Origin: Alphaproteobacteria bacterium | GTDB lineage: Bacteria > Pseudomonadota > Alphaproteobacteria > Bin95 | Reading direction: 5' to 3' | DNA length: 64,000 bases | Assembly (NCBI GenBank): GCA_965205265.1 | Contig: CBDBGH010000003.1 | Location: forward strand, 4,640,001 to 4,704,000 | In this document: piece by piece, positions 1-10,453 of the stretch | Layout: the number at the start of each line of letters is the position of its first letter | Numbering within the stretch: the first letter of the stretch is position 1 | Program-made: the position numbers and the translations under genes | The notes under the pieces: model-generated | Told to the model about the DNA's origin: nothing | Database searches by the model: none | Seen by the model: only the letters and a program-made list of their open reading frames with translations

Positions 1-3000
1 AGCGGTGATCTGGCACCGCCCGACAGTTCGAGGCCGAGGCCCCGCACGCCGTCGCCGCCGCTGCGGCGCAGCGACAGTGACGTGTAGTAGGCGGCTTCTC
101 CTTCCTCCAGCGCAGCCTTGACGCCGAGACTCTGGCGGTCTGTAGAGGCAGAGAGGGAGCCGATAGCCGTCCGCGCATCGCCCTTGGCTTCGAGTCGTGC
201 AAATCCCGCGGCGCCGGCCGCTGATAGCTCCAGCCCACCGAATGCCGGCAGCGCGCTGCGGAAGCCGGCGGAGACGGTTGCCAGTTCGGCGTCTGCCGTC
301 TCGACGCCCCGGCCGGCGGCCGCATTCCGGATGGTTCCCTGCCCGCCGCCGAGGGTTATCCAGACCGTTCTTCCATCCTCGAAATGCCATTGCAGATAGG
401 GATGGACGCTGTCGAGGGCGGTCTCGACCGCGCCGGATGCAGCGCCGGTGCCGTATTCCAGGTCTCCCTCACTGCGGGCCAGCGCCGCTCCGAAAAGCCA
501 TCGCTTTCCCAGACGCATATCGAGCCCGAACCAGGTCGATGACAAACGGCCTCCGAAACGCGCCCCCGGCCCGGCCGAACCCTCGAACCGCCGCAACTCG
601 CCGCGGTGCCAAAGCGACCATTGCGGAAGCCCGTCGTCCGCCGGGTCTGTGAGCGGAATCTGGAAGGCGCTTTTCCGGAGCGTCTCGCGAGCGTCCATGC
701 CGACGGTTATCGCCTGCCGTCCAGCGGCTGCTGGCCTTTGCGCCGTTTCGTTGCGCGCAGGTGCGAACAGCGGAATTTCATGCCCGGCCAGAACGACCTG
801 CGCCGCCTCCGGATCGGCGGAGAACCGCTCGCCGACAACAATCTCCGCGCCCGCCGCCACATGGCCCGCAAGGCCCGCCATAAGGGCCTCGACCGTCGTC
901 CGCTCCGCCTGTGTCGCCGCCGCCTTGGGCGTTGCGTAAGCGACATTCGATCCGTCGCTGCACTTGTCACCCGCAACCGTTCGAACTTGAAACGCGTGGG
1001 CAACTCCGTTGACAAGGCCCGGTACCGTGTGCCGGGTAGTCGCTGCGCTGCTGCCTGAAACGTCGATCCAAGGCGGCCTGCGGCACGGATCCGATATGTT
1101 TTCCATCGGAGAATCGTCAATTCTGGGACTGCATATATCCTTGCCGTCGAGCCAACAGGCGTACTGCCAGCGGATGTTCGGATCGCGCGCGGCGTCCCAT
1201 GTCAGCAGGACCTGCCCGTAACCGGGGATCGCCTTGAGGCCGGTCGGCTTTTTCGGCTTTGCGGGCTCGGGCGTCGCCATCGCCGTTTCCGAGGGCGGCC
1301 CGGGACCGTGCGTGTTCGTTGCGCGAACCTGAAAGAAATAGGTGACTCCGTTGGTCAGGCGGGTGACGGTGTGGCCGGTAAATCCGTCGTCGCCGCCGGT
1401 TTGCGGCATATCGATCCAACCCCCGAACTCGCCGCCCTCGATCTTGTAGCGATGCTGCCAGCCGACAATCGGGTTCTCCGGGCTTTGCCACCGCAACGCT
1501 ACCTGTCCATCTCCGGCCGTAGCCGTAAAATTCGTCGGCTTTTCTGGTACTTCCTCCGGGCTGGCGACCGCAACGGCCGACTCCTCGCTCACGCCGCTGG
1601 TATTGACGGCGCGCAGCTTGAAGGCATAGGAAACGCCGTTTTCCAAACCGCCGACGGGGTAGCGCATTCTGCCGCTGCGGCTGACGGGCAGCGGTATGTG
1701 CGTCCAGTCTTCCTCGAAATCCCCGTCATCCTTCCTCCGGGTGTATTGGTAGCCGCTGATCGTATCGTCACCGGGGTCGTCCCATTCGAGTAGCACTTCC
1801 CCGTTTCCCGCCGTTGCCGTGAAGCCCGTTGGTTTGGCCGGAACGGCGAACGGGGTTGCCTCGGCCTCGTCCGACTCCAGGCCGGGTCCGCTGCTGTTGA
1901 CCGCCCTGATGCGGAAGGTATGCGGCGCGCCGTTTTCGAGTCCGACGATCCCGTGGCTTGTCGTTGTCGCCCCGCTGCCGTCGATATCGGTCCAGTCTCC
2001 GTAGCCGCTCGTCGTTCTGTAACGGTACTGCCAACCGGCGACCGTGGCGTCGCCCAGGGCCGTCCATTCCAGCAGGATCGTCCCGTCGCCCGCTGCCGCC
2101 GTGAGGCCTGCCGGCTTTACGGGAACCGGCGGCAGAGTTGCGGCAATCTCGTCCGACTCGGCCCCCGGCCCGCTGGCGTTGTCCGCGCGGAGCTTGAATC
2201 GGTAAGATGCGCCGGTTTCGAGACCGGTTACCGTATGGCGTACGGTCGTCGCGGTGCTGCCGAGGATGGCTGTCCAGTCCGCCTCGTATTCCCCATTCTC
2301 GGGCCGCTGGTTGTATTGCCAGCCGGTAATTGTCGCATCCGCCGGGTCGTTCCATTCCAGCACGACCTCTCCGCTGCCGGGCGTCGCCGTGAGGCCCGCC
2401 GGCTTGGCCGGGACGGCAAGTGGTGTTGCGGCAGTCTCTCCGGACGGCGCGCCGGGGCCGCTGCCGTTGACGGCCCGGACCTCGAAGCGGTGGACGACGC
2501 CGTTGGCGAGTTCCGTCACCATATGGCTCGTCGTCTCCGCTCCGCTGCCGTCGATATCGGTCCAGGTCCCATAGCTGTCGGTCGTCCTGTAGCGGTATTG
2601 CCAGCCGGTAATCGTTGCGTCGCCAGGATCGCTCCATTGCAACGATATCCGCCCGTTGCCCGGCGTGGCAGCGAAGCCTGTCGGCTTTGCGGGCACGGCG
2701 ACGGGAGTTACGGCGGCTTCATCAGACTCCGCCCCGCTGCCGCTTGCGTTCAGCGCGCGGAGCTTGAAGCGGTGGGCGGCGCCGTTGTCGAGGCCGGTGA
2801 CGGTATGGGCGGTCGTGGTTGCGCCGCTATCCGGAATATCGATCCAGGAGCCGTAGTCGCCCGTAGTCTTGAGGGCGTATTGCCAGCCGGTAATCGTCAC
2901 GTCGTCCGGGTCGTCCCAGGCGAGCGCGACCCGCCCGTCGCCCGGCGTGGCAGCGAAGCCCGTCGGCTTTGCGGGCACGGCGACGGGAGTTGCGGCGGCT

Positions 3001-5684
3001 TCATCGGACTCCGCCCCGCTGCCGCTGGCATTGACGGCGCGGAGCTTGAAGCGGTGGGCGGCGCCGTTGTCGAGGCCAGTGACGGTATGGGCGGTGGTGG
3101 TTGCGCCGCTGCCTGTAATGTCGGTCCAGCTTCCGTAGCCGCCCGTAGTCTTGAGGGCGTATTGCCATCCGGTAATCGTCGCGTCGTCCGGATCGTCCCA
3201 GGAGAGCGCAACCCGCCCGTCGCCCGGCGTTGCGGCGAAGCCCGTCGGCTTTGCGGGCACGGCGACGGGAGTTGCGGCAGCTTCATCGGACTCCGCGCCG
3301 CCGCCATGTTCGTTCACGGCGCGGAGCTTGAAGACATGTTCGACGCCGTTCTCAAGCCCGGTTGCCTTATAGGCGGTCGTCGCCGCATCGCTGCCGGGAA
3401 TATCGGTCCACTCGCCGAAAGCGCCCGTCGTCCTGACCGCGAATTGCCAGCCCGTGATCGCCGGATCGCCCGGGCTGTCCCATGCGAGCGTAATCTCGGC
3501 GTCGCCGGCCCGGGCGCTAAACCCTGCGGGCGCGGCCGGACGCGGCGACCGGGGCGCGGCGGACCGCTCCTCGGACTCGTAGCCGTTGGCGGCATTGAAC
3601 GCACGAATCTTGAAGATGTATGTCGCGCCGTTTTCGAGGCCTGTAACGGTGTGCCGGACGGTCTTTGCGCCGCTTCCGGGGACATCGTTCCACTGCGCCT
3701 TGTATTCGCCGTCCGATTTCCGGCTCTTGAATTGCCAGCCCTGGATGCTGGCATCGCCCGGGTCGTCCCAGGTCAGCGACACCTCGCTGTCCCCGGACTC
3801 GGCCCGGAACCCTGCGGGCTTTGCAGGCACTGCCTCTCGCGGCGTCGCAGCAGCCTCGTCGGACTCCGCGCCGGTGCCGCTCCCGTTGACCGCGCGAAGC
3901 CTGAAAGTATAGGCCGTGTTGTTGGAAAGGCCGGTCACCGTATGGCGGACCGTCGAGGGGCCGCTGCCGGGCATGTCTTTCCACGCGCCGTAGGGTCCTG
4001 TTGTCCTGAAGCTGTATTGCCAGCCGGAGATGGTGCTGTCGCCCGGGTCGGTCCAGAGCAGCCTTGCCTGCGTATTGCCCGCCTCCGCCCGAAGCCCGGA
4101 CGGCTTTTCAGGGACCGGCTGCGGCGTGGCGGAAACGGAATCGGACTCCTCGCCGCCGCCGCTGGCATTGACCGCACGGATTTTGAAAGCGTGCTCCACG
4201 CCGTTGGCAAGGTCGGTAACGGAATGGCCGGTGGTAGCCCTGTGACTGCCCTCGATGTCTTTCCAGGCGCCGTAATTTCCCGAGGTCCTGAACGAATACT
4301 GCCAGCCGGTAATCGTGGAATTCAGCGGGTCGTTCCAGGCCAGGGCGACCAGCGCATCTCCCGCCTTTGCGGTGAATCCCGAAGGTTTGGCCGGACGGGA
4401 CAGGGGCGTCGAAGAGGCTTCTTCGGATTCAGCGCCGGGGCCGACATCGTTTACGGCCCGGATCTTGAATGTATGTGCGGTCCCGTTCGCCAGTCCGGAT
4501 ACGACATGACGCGTTGTCGCGGCGCTGCTGCCCGAAATGTCGGTCCAGTTCCCGTAGCCGCCTGTCGTGCGGTAGGCGTATTGCCATTTCACGATCGAGG
4601 CATCCGATGGATCGGTCCACGAAAGCGCAACCTGCCGGTCGCCTGCAAGCGCGGTAAATCCGACCGGCTTCTCCGGCGCCCTCGCCATGGGCGTCGCCGA
4701 AACTTCGTCGGATTCGGCGCCCGCTCCGATGTCGTTCACGGCCCGGATTTTGAAAGTATGAGCCGTGTCGTTTGCGAGCATGGCAACGATGTGCCGCACG
4801 GTTGCCGCGCCGCTTCCTGCCATGTCGGTCCAATCGCCGTAGCCGCCGGTCGTCTTGTAAGCGAATTGCCATTTCGAGATCGTTTCGTTTTCCGGATCGG
4901 TCCAGGTCAATATTGCCTTTCGATTGCCGGACTCGACCGAGAAACCCGTCGGCTTTCCGGGCGCCGTCGGCATGGGCGTTGCGGACCTTTCGTCCGACCG
5001 CCGCCCGGTTCCGGCGCCGTTGAACGCCTGAATCTGAAACACATATCCGGTGCCGTTTTCGAGGCCGCGGACGGTATGGGTCGTCGTGTCGGCACCGGAA
5101 CCGGGAACGGCCGTCCAGCTCCCGTAGCGCCCGCCCGCCTCCTTCCGGCGGAATTCCCAGCCCTGTATGCTGATATCGTCCGCATGGTCCCACATGAGCA
5201 CGACTTTCCGGTCTCCCGGAAGCGCCTGAAATCCGGCCGGTTTCGCCGGAAAGGCCGGGTAAGGCTCCCCGGTCGCCTCATCGGATTCGCGGCCGGGACC
5301 GGTATCGTTGACGGCCCTGATCTTGAACCTGTAGGTCCGGTTGTTCGCAAGACCGGTGACCGTGTAGCGCCTTGTAGCGGATTCGCTTCCCGGCATGTCC
5401 GCCCAATCGGAATAGGAACCGGCGCTCAGCTTCCAGGCATATTGCCAATGCGTAATCGTCGGGTCGCTCGGGCCCGACCACCGCAGGCGCACCTGGGTGT
5501 TGCCGTCTTCGGCTGTGAGCCCGGTGGGCTCTGCGGGTGTGGACTGTGCGCAGCAGCGGTCCGCCGATACGGCCGCAGCGCCGACCAGCAGCACCGCGAC
5601 GGACAGCCAGCGGCGACATCGCGGTATTGCAGGCCGTTGCGCCTCCGCAAGCGGAGCCGTCGCGCGGGCCGGCTTGGAAAGCAA
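1..5684 (-). CDS. Large fibronectin type III repeat autotransporter-like surface protein (about 16 Fn3 repeats plus C-terminal beta-barrel); runs off the left edge
   Basis: Manual translation of the minus frame in register with the spurious + ORF 1920-5708. It gives a signal peptide (RRWLSVAVLLVGAAAV), repeated ~94-97 aa units (PAKPTGFAATPGDGRVALxWDDPDDxTITGWQYALK...GLDNGAAHRFKLRAVN) and a C-terminal barrel (WSLWHRGELRRFEG...GGDGVRGLGLELSGG). TTG start at 5684 follows AAGGGGGA. Frame checked at spot positions, not at every codon. Confidence 0.88.
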   Translation of the reverse strand, partial: MLSKPARATAPLAEAQRPAIPRCRRWLSVAVLLVGAAAVSADRCCAQSTPAEPTGLTAEDGNTQVRLRWSGPSDPTITHWQYAWKLSAGSYSDWADMPGSESATRRYTVTGLANNRTYRFKIRAVNDTGPGRESDEATGEPYPAFPAKPAGFQALPGDRKVVLMWDHADDISIQGWEFRRKEAGGRYGSWTAVPGSGADTTTHTVRGLENGTGYVFQIQAFNGAGTGRRSDERSATPMPTAPGKPTGFSVESGNRKAILTWTDPENETISKWQFAYKTTGGYGDWTDMAGSGAATVRHIVAMLANDTAHTFKIRAVNDIGAGAESDEVSATPMARAPEKPVGFTALAGDRQVALSWTDPSDASIVKWQYAYRTTGGYGNWTDISGSSAATTRHVVSGLANGTAHTFKIRAVNDVGPGAESEEASSTPLSRPAKPSGFTAKAGDALVALAWNDPLNSTITGWQYSFRTSGNYGAWKDIEGSHRATTGHSVTDLANGVEHAFKIRAVNASGGGEESDSVSATPQPVPEKPSGLRAEAGNTQARLLWTDPGDSTISGWQYSFRTTGPYGAWKDMPGSGPSTVRHTVTGLSNNTAYTFRLRAVNGSGTGAESDEAAATPREAVPAKPAGFRAESGDSEVSLTWDDPGDASIQGWQFKSRKSDGEYKAQWNDVPGSGAKTVRHTVTGLENGATYIFKIRAFNAANGYESEERSAAPRSPRPAAPAGFSARAGDAEITLAWDSPGDPAITGWQFAVRTTGAFGEWTDIPGSDAATTAYKATGLENGVEHVFKLRAVNEHGGGAESDEAAATPVAVPAKPTGFAATPGDGRVALSWDDPDDATITGWQYALKTTGGYGSWTDITGSGATTTAHTVTGLDNGAAHRFKLRAVNASGSGAESDEAAATPVAVPAKPTGFAATPGDGRVALAWDDPDDVTITGWQYALKTTGDYGSWIDIPDSGATTTAHTVTGLDNGAAHRFKLRALNASGSGAESDEAAVTPVAVPAKPTGFAATPGNGRISLQWSDPGDATITGWQYRYRTTDSYGTWTDIDGSGAETTSHMVTELANGVVHRFEVRAVNGSGPGAPSGETAATPLAVPAKPAGLTATPGSGEVVLEWNDPADATITGWQYNQRPENGEYEADWTAILGSTATTVRHTVTGLETGASYRFKLRADNASGPGAESDEIAATLPPVPVKPAGLTAAAGDGTILLEWTALGDATVAGWQYRYRTTSGYGDWTDIDGSGATTTSHGIVGLENGAPHTFRIRAVNSSGPGLESDEAEATPFAVPAKPTGFTATAGNGEVLLEWDDPGDDTISGYQYTRRKDDGDFEEDWTHIPLPVSRSGRMRYPVGGLENGVSYAFKLRAVNTSGVSEESAVAVASPEEVPEKPTNFTATAGDGQVALRWQSPENPIVGWQHRYKIEGGEFGGWIDMPQTGGDDGFTGHTVTRLTNGVTYFFQVRATNTHGPGPPSETAMATPEPAKPKKPTGLKAIPGYGQVLLTWDAARDPNIRWQYACWLDGKDICSPRIDDSPMENISDPCRRPPWIDVSGSSAATTRHTVPGLVNGVAHAFQVRTVAGDKCSDGSNVAYATPKAAATQAERTTVEALMAGLAGHVAAGAEIVVGERFSADPEAAQVVLAGHEIPLFAPARNETAQRPAAAGRQAITVGMDARETLRKSAFQIPLTDPADDGLPQWSLWHRGELRRFEGSAGPGARFGGRLSSTWFGLDMRLGKRWLFGAALARSEGDLEYGTGAASGAVETALDSVHPYLQWHFEDGRTVWITLGGGQGTIRNAAAGRGVETADAELATVSAGFRSALPAFGGLELSAAGAAGFARLEAKGDARTAIGSLSASTDRQSLGVKAALEEGEAAYYTSLSLRRSGGDGVRGLGLELSGGARSP
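2659..3300. repeat. Near-identical 282-bp tandem repeats inside the Fn3 gene
   Basis: CCCGGCGT...GCGAAGCC.GTCGGCTTTGCGGGCACGGCGACGGGAGTT recurs at 2659, 2941 and 3223 (period 282). Confidence 0.85.
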
Positions 5685-6115
5685 GCGCAGGTCCCCCTTG
5701 CATGCTGAAGCATGGCGGCCTCGTCAGCGAGGTCGCTCCCCCGCAAGGGATTCCATCGTCGAGCAAAGATGATGTAAATAAACCGCTGTTTATATCCAAG
5801 GAACCAATATTGCATATCTAGGATTATTTTCAGAGAAAGCAATGGCGCCGGAAAATTCTCGAGATACTGACGTTAAGGAAGGCGGCAGGCCGGGTATCCG
5901 GCACTGGCGGCGCTGTCTGTTTCATCGCGAAAGTACAGCAGGGCAGGAACGAAAGAACAGGCAAGGAAAATGACAAATAGCGCGATTTGACCGGGAGCGA
6001 CCTCGAAGCCGCGCCTGCAGACGGAAGCATGGGACGGCGCGGCAGCACGCGCGGCATGTGCGGGATGGTGCCGGCGGAGCGAAATGCAACCCGCGCCGCC
6101 GACAGCAAATAGGGG

Positions 6116-6871
6116 TCAGCCGCCGCAGGCGGGGCAGCCGGCGCGTCGTTTGAAGCGGACCATGCGCGTCGAAGCAGTGAGTGCATCGTAGAGCAGCAGA
6201 CGCCCGGAGAGGCCGTCGCCGATGCCGATCAGTTCCTTCAACGCCTCGACCGCCATGAGCGTGCCGACGACGCCAGCGACCGCGCCGAGGATGCCGGCTT
6301 CCGAGCAGGCCGGCACCGCGCCCGGCGGCGGCGGCTCCGGGAACAGGCAGCGGTAGCAGGGATGCTCCGGCCCGGCATGGGGCTTGAAGGTGGAGACCTG
6401 GCCGTCGAAGCGCAGCACCGCGCCCGAGACGAGCGTCCGCCCGGCGGCTATGGCGGCGTCGTTGACGAGGTAGCGGGTGGCGAAGTTGTCGCTGCCGTCG
6501 AGGATGAGGTCGTAGTCGCGGAAGAACCGGGCGGCATTGGCCCCGGTCAGCCGCTCATTGTGGGTCTCGACGCCGATGGCGGGGTCGAGCGCCCGGATGG
6601 CGGCGGCGGCGCTCTCGGCCTTGGGCCGGCCGATGCGGTCCGTGCTGTGGACCACCTGGCGCTGAAGGTTGGATACATCGACATCGTCGTCGTCGATGAT
6701 GCCGAGCGTGCCGACTCCGGCGGCGGCGAGATAGAGCAGGACCGGCGCGCCGAGGCCGCCTGCGCCAACCGCCAGCACGCGCGAGGCCAGCAGCTTCTGC
6801 TGTCCCGCGCCGCCCACCTCCGGCAGGATCAGGTGGCGGGCATAACGGTCGAGCTGTGCGTCGGTCAGCAT
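6116..6871 (-). CDS. moeB: Molybdopterin-synthase adenylyltransferase MoeB/ThiF family
   Basis: MLTDAQLDRYARHLILPEVGGAGQQKL, GAGGLG, SNLQRQ, CYRC and CPAC Zn motifs. Confidence 0.92.
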   Translation of the reverse strand: MLTDAQLDRYARHLILPEVGGAGQQKLLASRVLAVGAGGLGAPVLLYLAAAGVGTLGIIDDDDVDVSNLQRQVVHSTDRIGRPKAESAAAAIRALDPAIGVETHNERLTGANAARFFRDYDLILDGSDNFATRYLVNDAAIAAGRTLVSGAVLRFDGQVSTFKPHAGPEHPCYRCLFPEPPPPGAVPACSEAGILGAVAGVVGTLMAVEALKELIGIGDGLSGRLLLYDALTASTRMVRFKRRAGCPACGG

Positions 6872-6882
6872 GGCGGCGCGCT

Positions 6883-8127
6883 CTAGAACCGCCCGATGCT
6901 GTAGGGAGCAAGGTCGATCGCGGGCGGGCGGCCGGCGGCCAGGTCGGCGATATACCGGCCGCTGATCGGCCCGGCCGTCAGCCCCAGATGGCCGTGGCCG
7001 AAGCCGTACCAGACGTTCCGGTGCAGCCGGGAGGCGCCGAGCACCGGCAGCGAGTCCGGCGTGGCGGGCCGGTTGCCCATCCAGGGCGAGCCATCCGAGG
7101 CGTCGATGTCCCGGAATGCCTTCTGCGCATGCGCCCGGAGCGGCTCGATGCGTTTCCACTCGGGCGGTGCGTCGAGGCCGGCGAATTCGGCCGTGCCGGC
7201 GAGCCGGAGGCCCATTTCCATCGGCGTCGCCATGAATTTCCGGTCGTAGAAGGAGATCGGGCGGCGCGTCTCGACGCCGGGGTCCGGCAGGGTCAGGTGG
7301 TAGCCGCGCTCGGATTCGAGCACCGCCTTTTCGCCCAGCATGTCGGCCAGGCCCGCCGACCAGGCCCCGGCCGCGACGACGAAACCGTCCGCCGCCACCG
7401 GGCCCTTGTCGGTGCGGGCTGCAATCAGCCGGTTGTCGTCGAAATCGAAGCCGGTGACGCGCGCCGCCAGCACTCGGCCGCCCCTGCGCGCGAAGGCTTC
7501 CGCCAGGCCGGCGGTGAGCGCGCCCGGATTGATCGTATGCGCGCCCTTCGGAAAGAAGGTTGCGTGCGGGAAGATCGGCGCCAGCCCCGGTTCGAGCTGG
7601 CGGAGTTCGTCGCCGGAGAGCTCCTCGACCTCGAAGCCGCGCTTCCGCTGGCCCTCCCGGTCGCCCACAGCAGCCCTGAAGGACCGCTCGCTCTCATAGA
7701 CGGTGAGCGTCCCGTTCTGGCGGATGAGGCCGGTCGTGCCCGCCTCGGCGGCAAGGTCCTTGTGCGCGTCGAGGGCCAGGCGGTGGAGCGCGGCCATGGC
7801 GTCCATCTGCCGGCGCATCGGCTCGGGCCGGCCGGCGCGCACGAAGCGGATGAGCCAGGGCAGGAAGTCCGGCAGGTGGCGCCAGCGGATGAAGAGCGGC
7901 CCCATCGGGTCCAGCAGCCAGCGCGGCGCCTTGAACATGAGGCCGGGGCCGGTCTGCGGCAGGCAGGAGTGGGAGCTTATCGCGCCGGCATTGCCGAAGG
8001 AGGTCATCGTGCCCGGCGGCTCCGGGTCGATCAATGTCACCTCATGCCCGTCGCGGCGCAGATAGCAGGCCGTCGCCGTGCCGACGATCCCGGCCCCGAT
8101 CACTGCAATATGCCGCGCCCCGCTCAT
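6883..8127 (-). CDS. FAD-dependent D-amino acid dehydrogenase (DadA-like)
   Basis: IAVIGAGIVG, TSFGNAG, WMGNRPATPDSLP, FGHGHLGLT. Confidence 0.88.
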   Translation of the reverse strand: MSGARHIAVIGAGIVGTATACYLRRDGHEVTLIDPEPPGTMTSFGNAGAISSHSCLPQTGPGLMFKAPRWLLDPMGPLFIRWRHLPDFLPWLIRFVRAGRPEPMRRQMDAMAALHRLALDAHKDLAAEAGTTGLIRQNGTLTVYESERSFRAAVGDREGQRKRGFEVEELSGDELRQLEPGLAPIFPHATFFPKGAHTINPGALTAGLAEAFARRGGRVLAARVTGFDFDDNRLIAARTDKGPVAADGFVVAAGAWSAGLADMLGEKAVLESERGYHLTLPDPGVETRRPISFYDRKFMATPMEMGLRLAGTAEFAGLDAPPEWKRIEPLRAHAQKAFRDIDASDGSPWMGNRPATPDSLPVLGASRLHRNVWYGFGHGHLGLTAGPISGRYIADLAAGRPPAIDLAPYSIGRF

Positions 8128-8226
8128 GGCCCGGCATATAGCATGGACCCTGCCGGAGCGGCAGGCGGTTTGGTCCGGGGCGGAAACGCTCTAATGTCTG
8201 CGCCCAAGGCAAGGAGGCGGAGTGCC

Positions 8227-9414
8227 ATGAGCGGGCCGTTGTCGGGGTTTCGGGTGGTCGATCTCACCAATGTGATTTCGGGGCCGATGGCGACGCAGAT
8301 ACTCGGCGACCAGGGCGCCGACATCGTCAAGGTCGAAGCGCGGGGCGGGGACCTGACGCGCGGCGGCGGCAACCGGCAGGGCGGGCTCTCGGCGGCGTTC
8401 CTGAACAACAACCGCAACAAGCGCTCCATCGTGCTGGATCTGAAACGGCCCGAGGGCGTGGCGCTGCTGAAGCGCCTCGCCGCGACGGCGGACGTGTTCA
8501 TCCAGAACTTCCGCCCGGGCGTGGTGGAGCGGCTCGGCGTCGGCGAGGCGGATATCCGCGCCGTCAGGCCGGACATCGTCTATGTCTCGCTCAGCGGCTT
8601 CGGCGAAAAGGGGCCGTTCGCCTCCAAGCCCACCTACGACCCCATCGTGCAGGCGATCTCGGGACTCACCACCGTGCAGGCGGGCTCCGACGAGGAGCGG
8701 CCGAGGCTGGTGCGCACCATCCTGCCGGACAAGGTGACGGCGCTCACCGCCGCCCAGGCGGTGACGGCCGCGCTGCTGCACCGCGCGGCGACCGGCGAAG
8801 GCCAGCATGTCCGCGTCTCGATGCTCGATTCTGTCGTCGCCTTCCTCTGGAACTCGGACATGGGCTCGCAGACCTTTGTGGACGCGCCAACCTCGATCCA
8901 GCGGGCGGCAAGCTTCATCGACCTCATCTACGAGACGGCCGACGGCTTTATGAGCGTCTCGCTGATGACCGACCGGCAATGGCTGGGCTTCTGCGAGGTC
9001 TCCGGGCGCGAAGACCTGGCGAAGGACCCGCGCTTCGCCACCGGGGCGCTGCGCGACGAGAATATCGACGCGCGCCTGGAGCAGGTGCAGGAGGAGTTGC
9101 GCAAGCGAACCACAGCGGAGTGGACCGCCGCTTTCGACGCCGCGCATGTGCCGTCCGCGCCGGTGTTGACCCGCAGCCAGATGGTCCGGCACCCGCAGGT
9201 CGCCGCCAACGGCACGCTTACGGAATACGACCATCCGCTCGCCGGGCGTCTCCGGCAGGCGAGGCCCGCCATCCGCTTCGAGGGTTCGCCCTCGAGCATC
9301 AGACGCGGCGGTTCCGAACTCGGCGCCGACACCCGCGAGGTGCTGGCCGAAGCCGGCATTGCCGAGGACGAGATCGACGCAGCCATCGCCAGCGGCGCGG
9401 CGGGCGTATCGTGA
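8227..9414 (+). CDS. CaiB/BaiF family III CoA-transferase
   Basis: PLSGFRVVDLT, LGDQGADIVKVE, NRNKRSIVLDLK, QNFRPGV; GGAG RBS before ATG 8227. Confidence 0.92.
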   Translation: MSGPLSGFRVVDLTNVISGPMATQILGDQGADIVKVEARGGDLTRGGGNRQGGLSAAFLNNNRNKRSIVLDLKRPEGVALLKRLAATADVFIQNFRPGVVERLGVGEADIRAVRPDIVYVSLSGFGEKGPFASKPTYDPIVQAISGLTTVQAGSDEERPRLVRTILPDKVTALTAAQAVTAALLHRAATGEGQHVRVSMLDSVVAFLWNSDMGSQTFVDAPTSIQRAASFIDLIYETADGFMSVSLMTDRQWLGFCEVSGREDLAKDPRFATGALRDENIDARLEQVQEELRKRTTAEWTAAFDAAHVPSAPVLTRSQMVRHPQVAANGTLTEYDHPLAGRLRQARPAIRFEGSPSSIRRGGSELGADTREVLAEAGIAEDEIDAAIASGAAGVS

Positions 9415-9435
9415 TGCGGTGAGGGCAGAGCGTCG

Positions 9436-10416
9436 ATGTCGATTCCGGTTATCGATATCGCTCCCTTTCTTCGGGGCGGGGCCGGGGACAAACGGTGGGT
9501 CGCCCGCGACATCGCGGCGGCATGCAAGGACTCCGGTTTCTTCTGCATCACCGGCCACGGCGTGCCCGAGGACCTTGTCGTCCGCACGCGGCAGGCCGCG
9601 GTCGATTTCTTCGCGCGGCCGCTCGACGAAAAGCGCCTGATCCTGCGGCCGGAGAGCCGGGTCGGGCGCGGATATTACCCGTTCGCCGACCGCTCGCTCG
9701 CCTACACGCTGGGCGAGGAGACGCCGCCCGACCTCCAGGAAGCCTTCGCGATGGGGCCTCCCGATGTGCCGGATGACGACTACTACCGGGGCGAAATCGC
9801 AGAGTATTTCTTCGCGGAAAACCGCTATCCCGCTCGGCCCGAGGGCTTCCGGGAGACGGTGGACGACTATTTCCGCGCGCTGCTGGCGCTTTGCGACCGG
9901 CTCATGGGGGCCATGGCGCTGGCGCTCGGGCTTGAGGAGGACTTTTTCGCCGCCAGGATCGACCGGCCTGCCTGCGGCCTCAGGCTCATCCGCTATCCGG
10001 CGCAGGCCGCCGCTCCCGAGAGGCGGCAGCTCCGCGCCGGCGCGCACACCGATTACGGCACGCTGACGGTCCTGCGCGGCGACGACGTGCCGGGAACGCT
10101 GCAGGTGAAGCTGCCGCGCGGCGGCTGGACAGACCTGCGCCCGCCGGCTGACGCCTTCGTGTGCAATCTGGGCGACGCGATGGCGCGCTGGACCGGCGGG
10201 CGCTGGGCCTCGACCCTGCACCGGGTGGCGAACCCGCCCGCTGGAGTTCCGCAACGCGACCGCATCTCGCTGGTCTTCTTCCACCAGCCCAACTACGACG
10301 CGCTGCTCAACGGCATCTTCGAGGACGCCGCAGACGCGGTGACGCTCGCCGAGCACTTCATCGAGAAGATACATCTTGCCGCCGGTGCCGGTCGGCTGCA
10401 GACGCCGGGCGAATAG
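9436..10416 (+). CDS. 2-oxoglutarate/Fe(II) oxygenase (isopenicillin N synthase family)
   Basis: IPVIDIAP, GFFCITGHG, HTDYG, STLHRV, RISLVFF. Confidence 0.9.
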   Translation: MSIPVIDIAPFLRGGAGDKRWVARDIAAACKDSGFFCITGHGVPEDLVVRTRQAAVDFFARPLDEKRLILRPESRVGRGYYPFADRSLAYTLGEETPPDLQEAFAMGPPDVPDDDYYRGEIAEYFFAENRYPARPEGFRETVDDYFRALLALCDRLMGAMALALGLEEDFFAARIDRPACGLRLIRYPAQAAAPERRQLRAGAHTDYGTLTVLRGDDVPGTLQVKLPRGGWTDLRPPADAFVCNLGDAMARWTGGRWASTLHRVANPPAGVPQRDRISLVFFHQPNYDALLNGIFEDAADAVTLAEHFIEKIHLAAGAGRLQTPGE

Positions 10417-10453
10417 CGCCGAACGGCCCCGCCGGTGCGGCCTGCGCTCCGGC

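Noticed and set aside
1920-5708. 1262-aa plus-strand ORF
   Set aside because: In-register antisense shadow of the Fn3 gene; no recognisable motifs.
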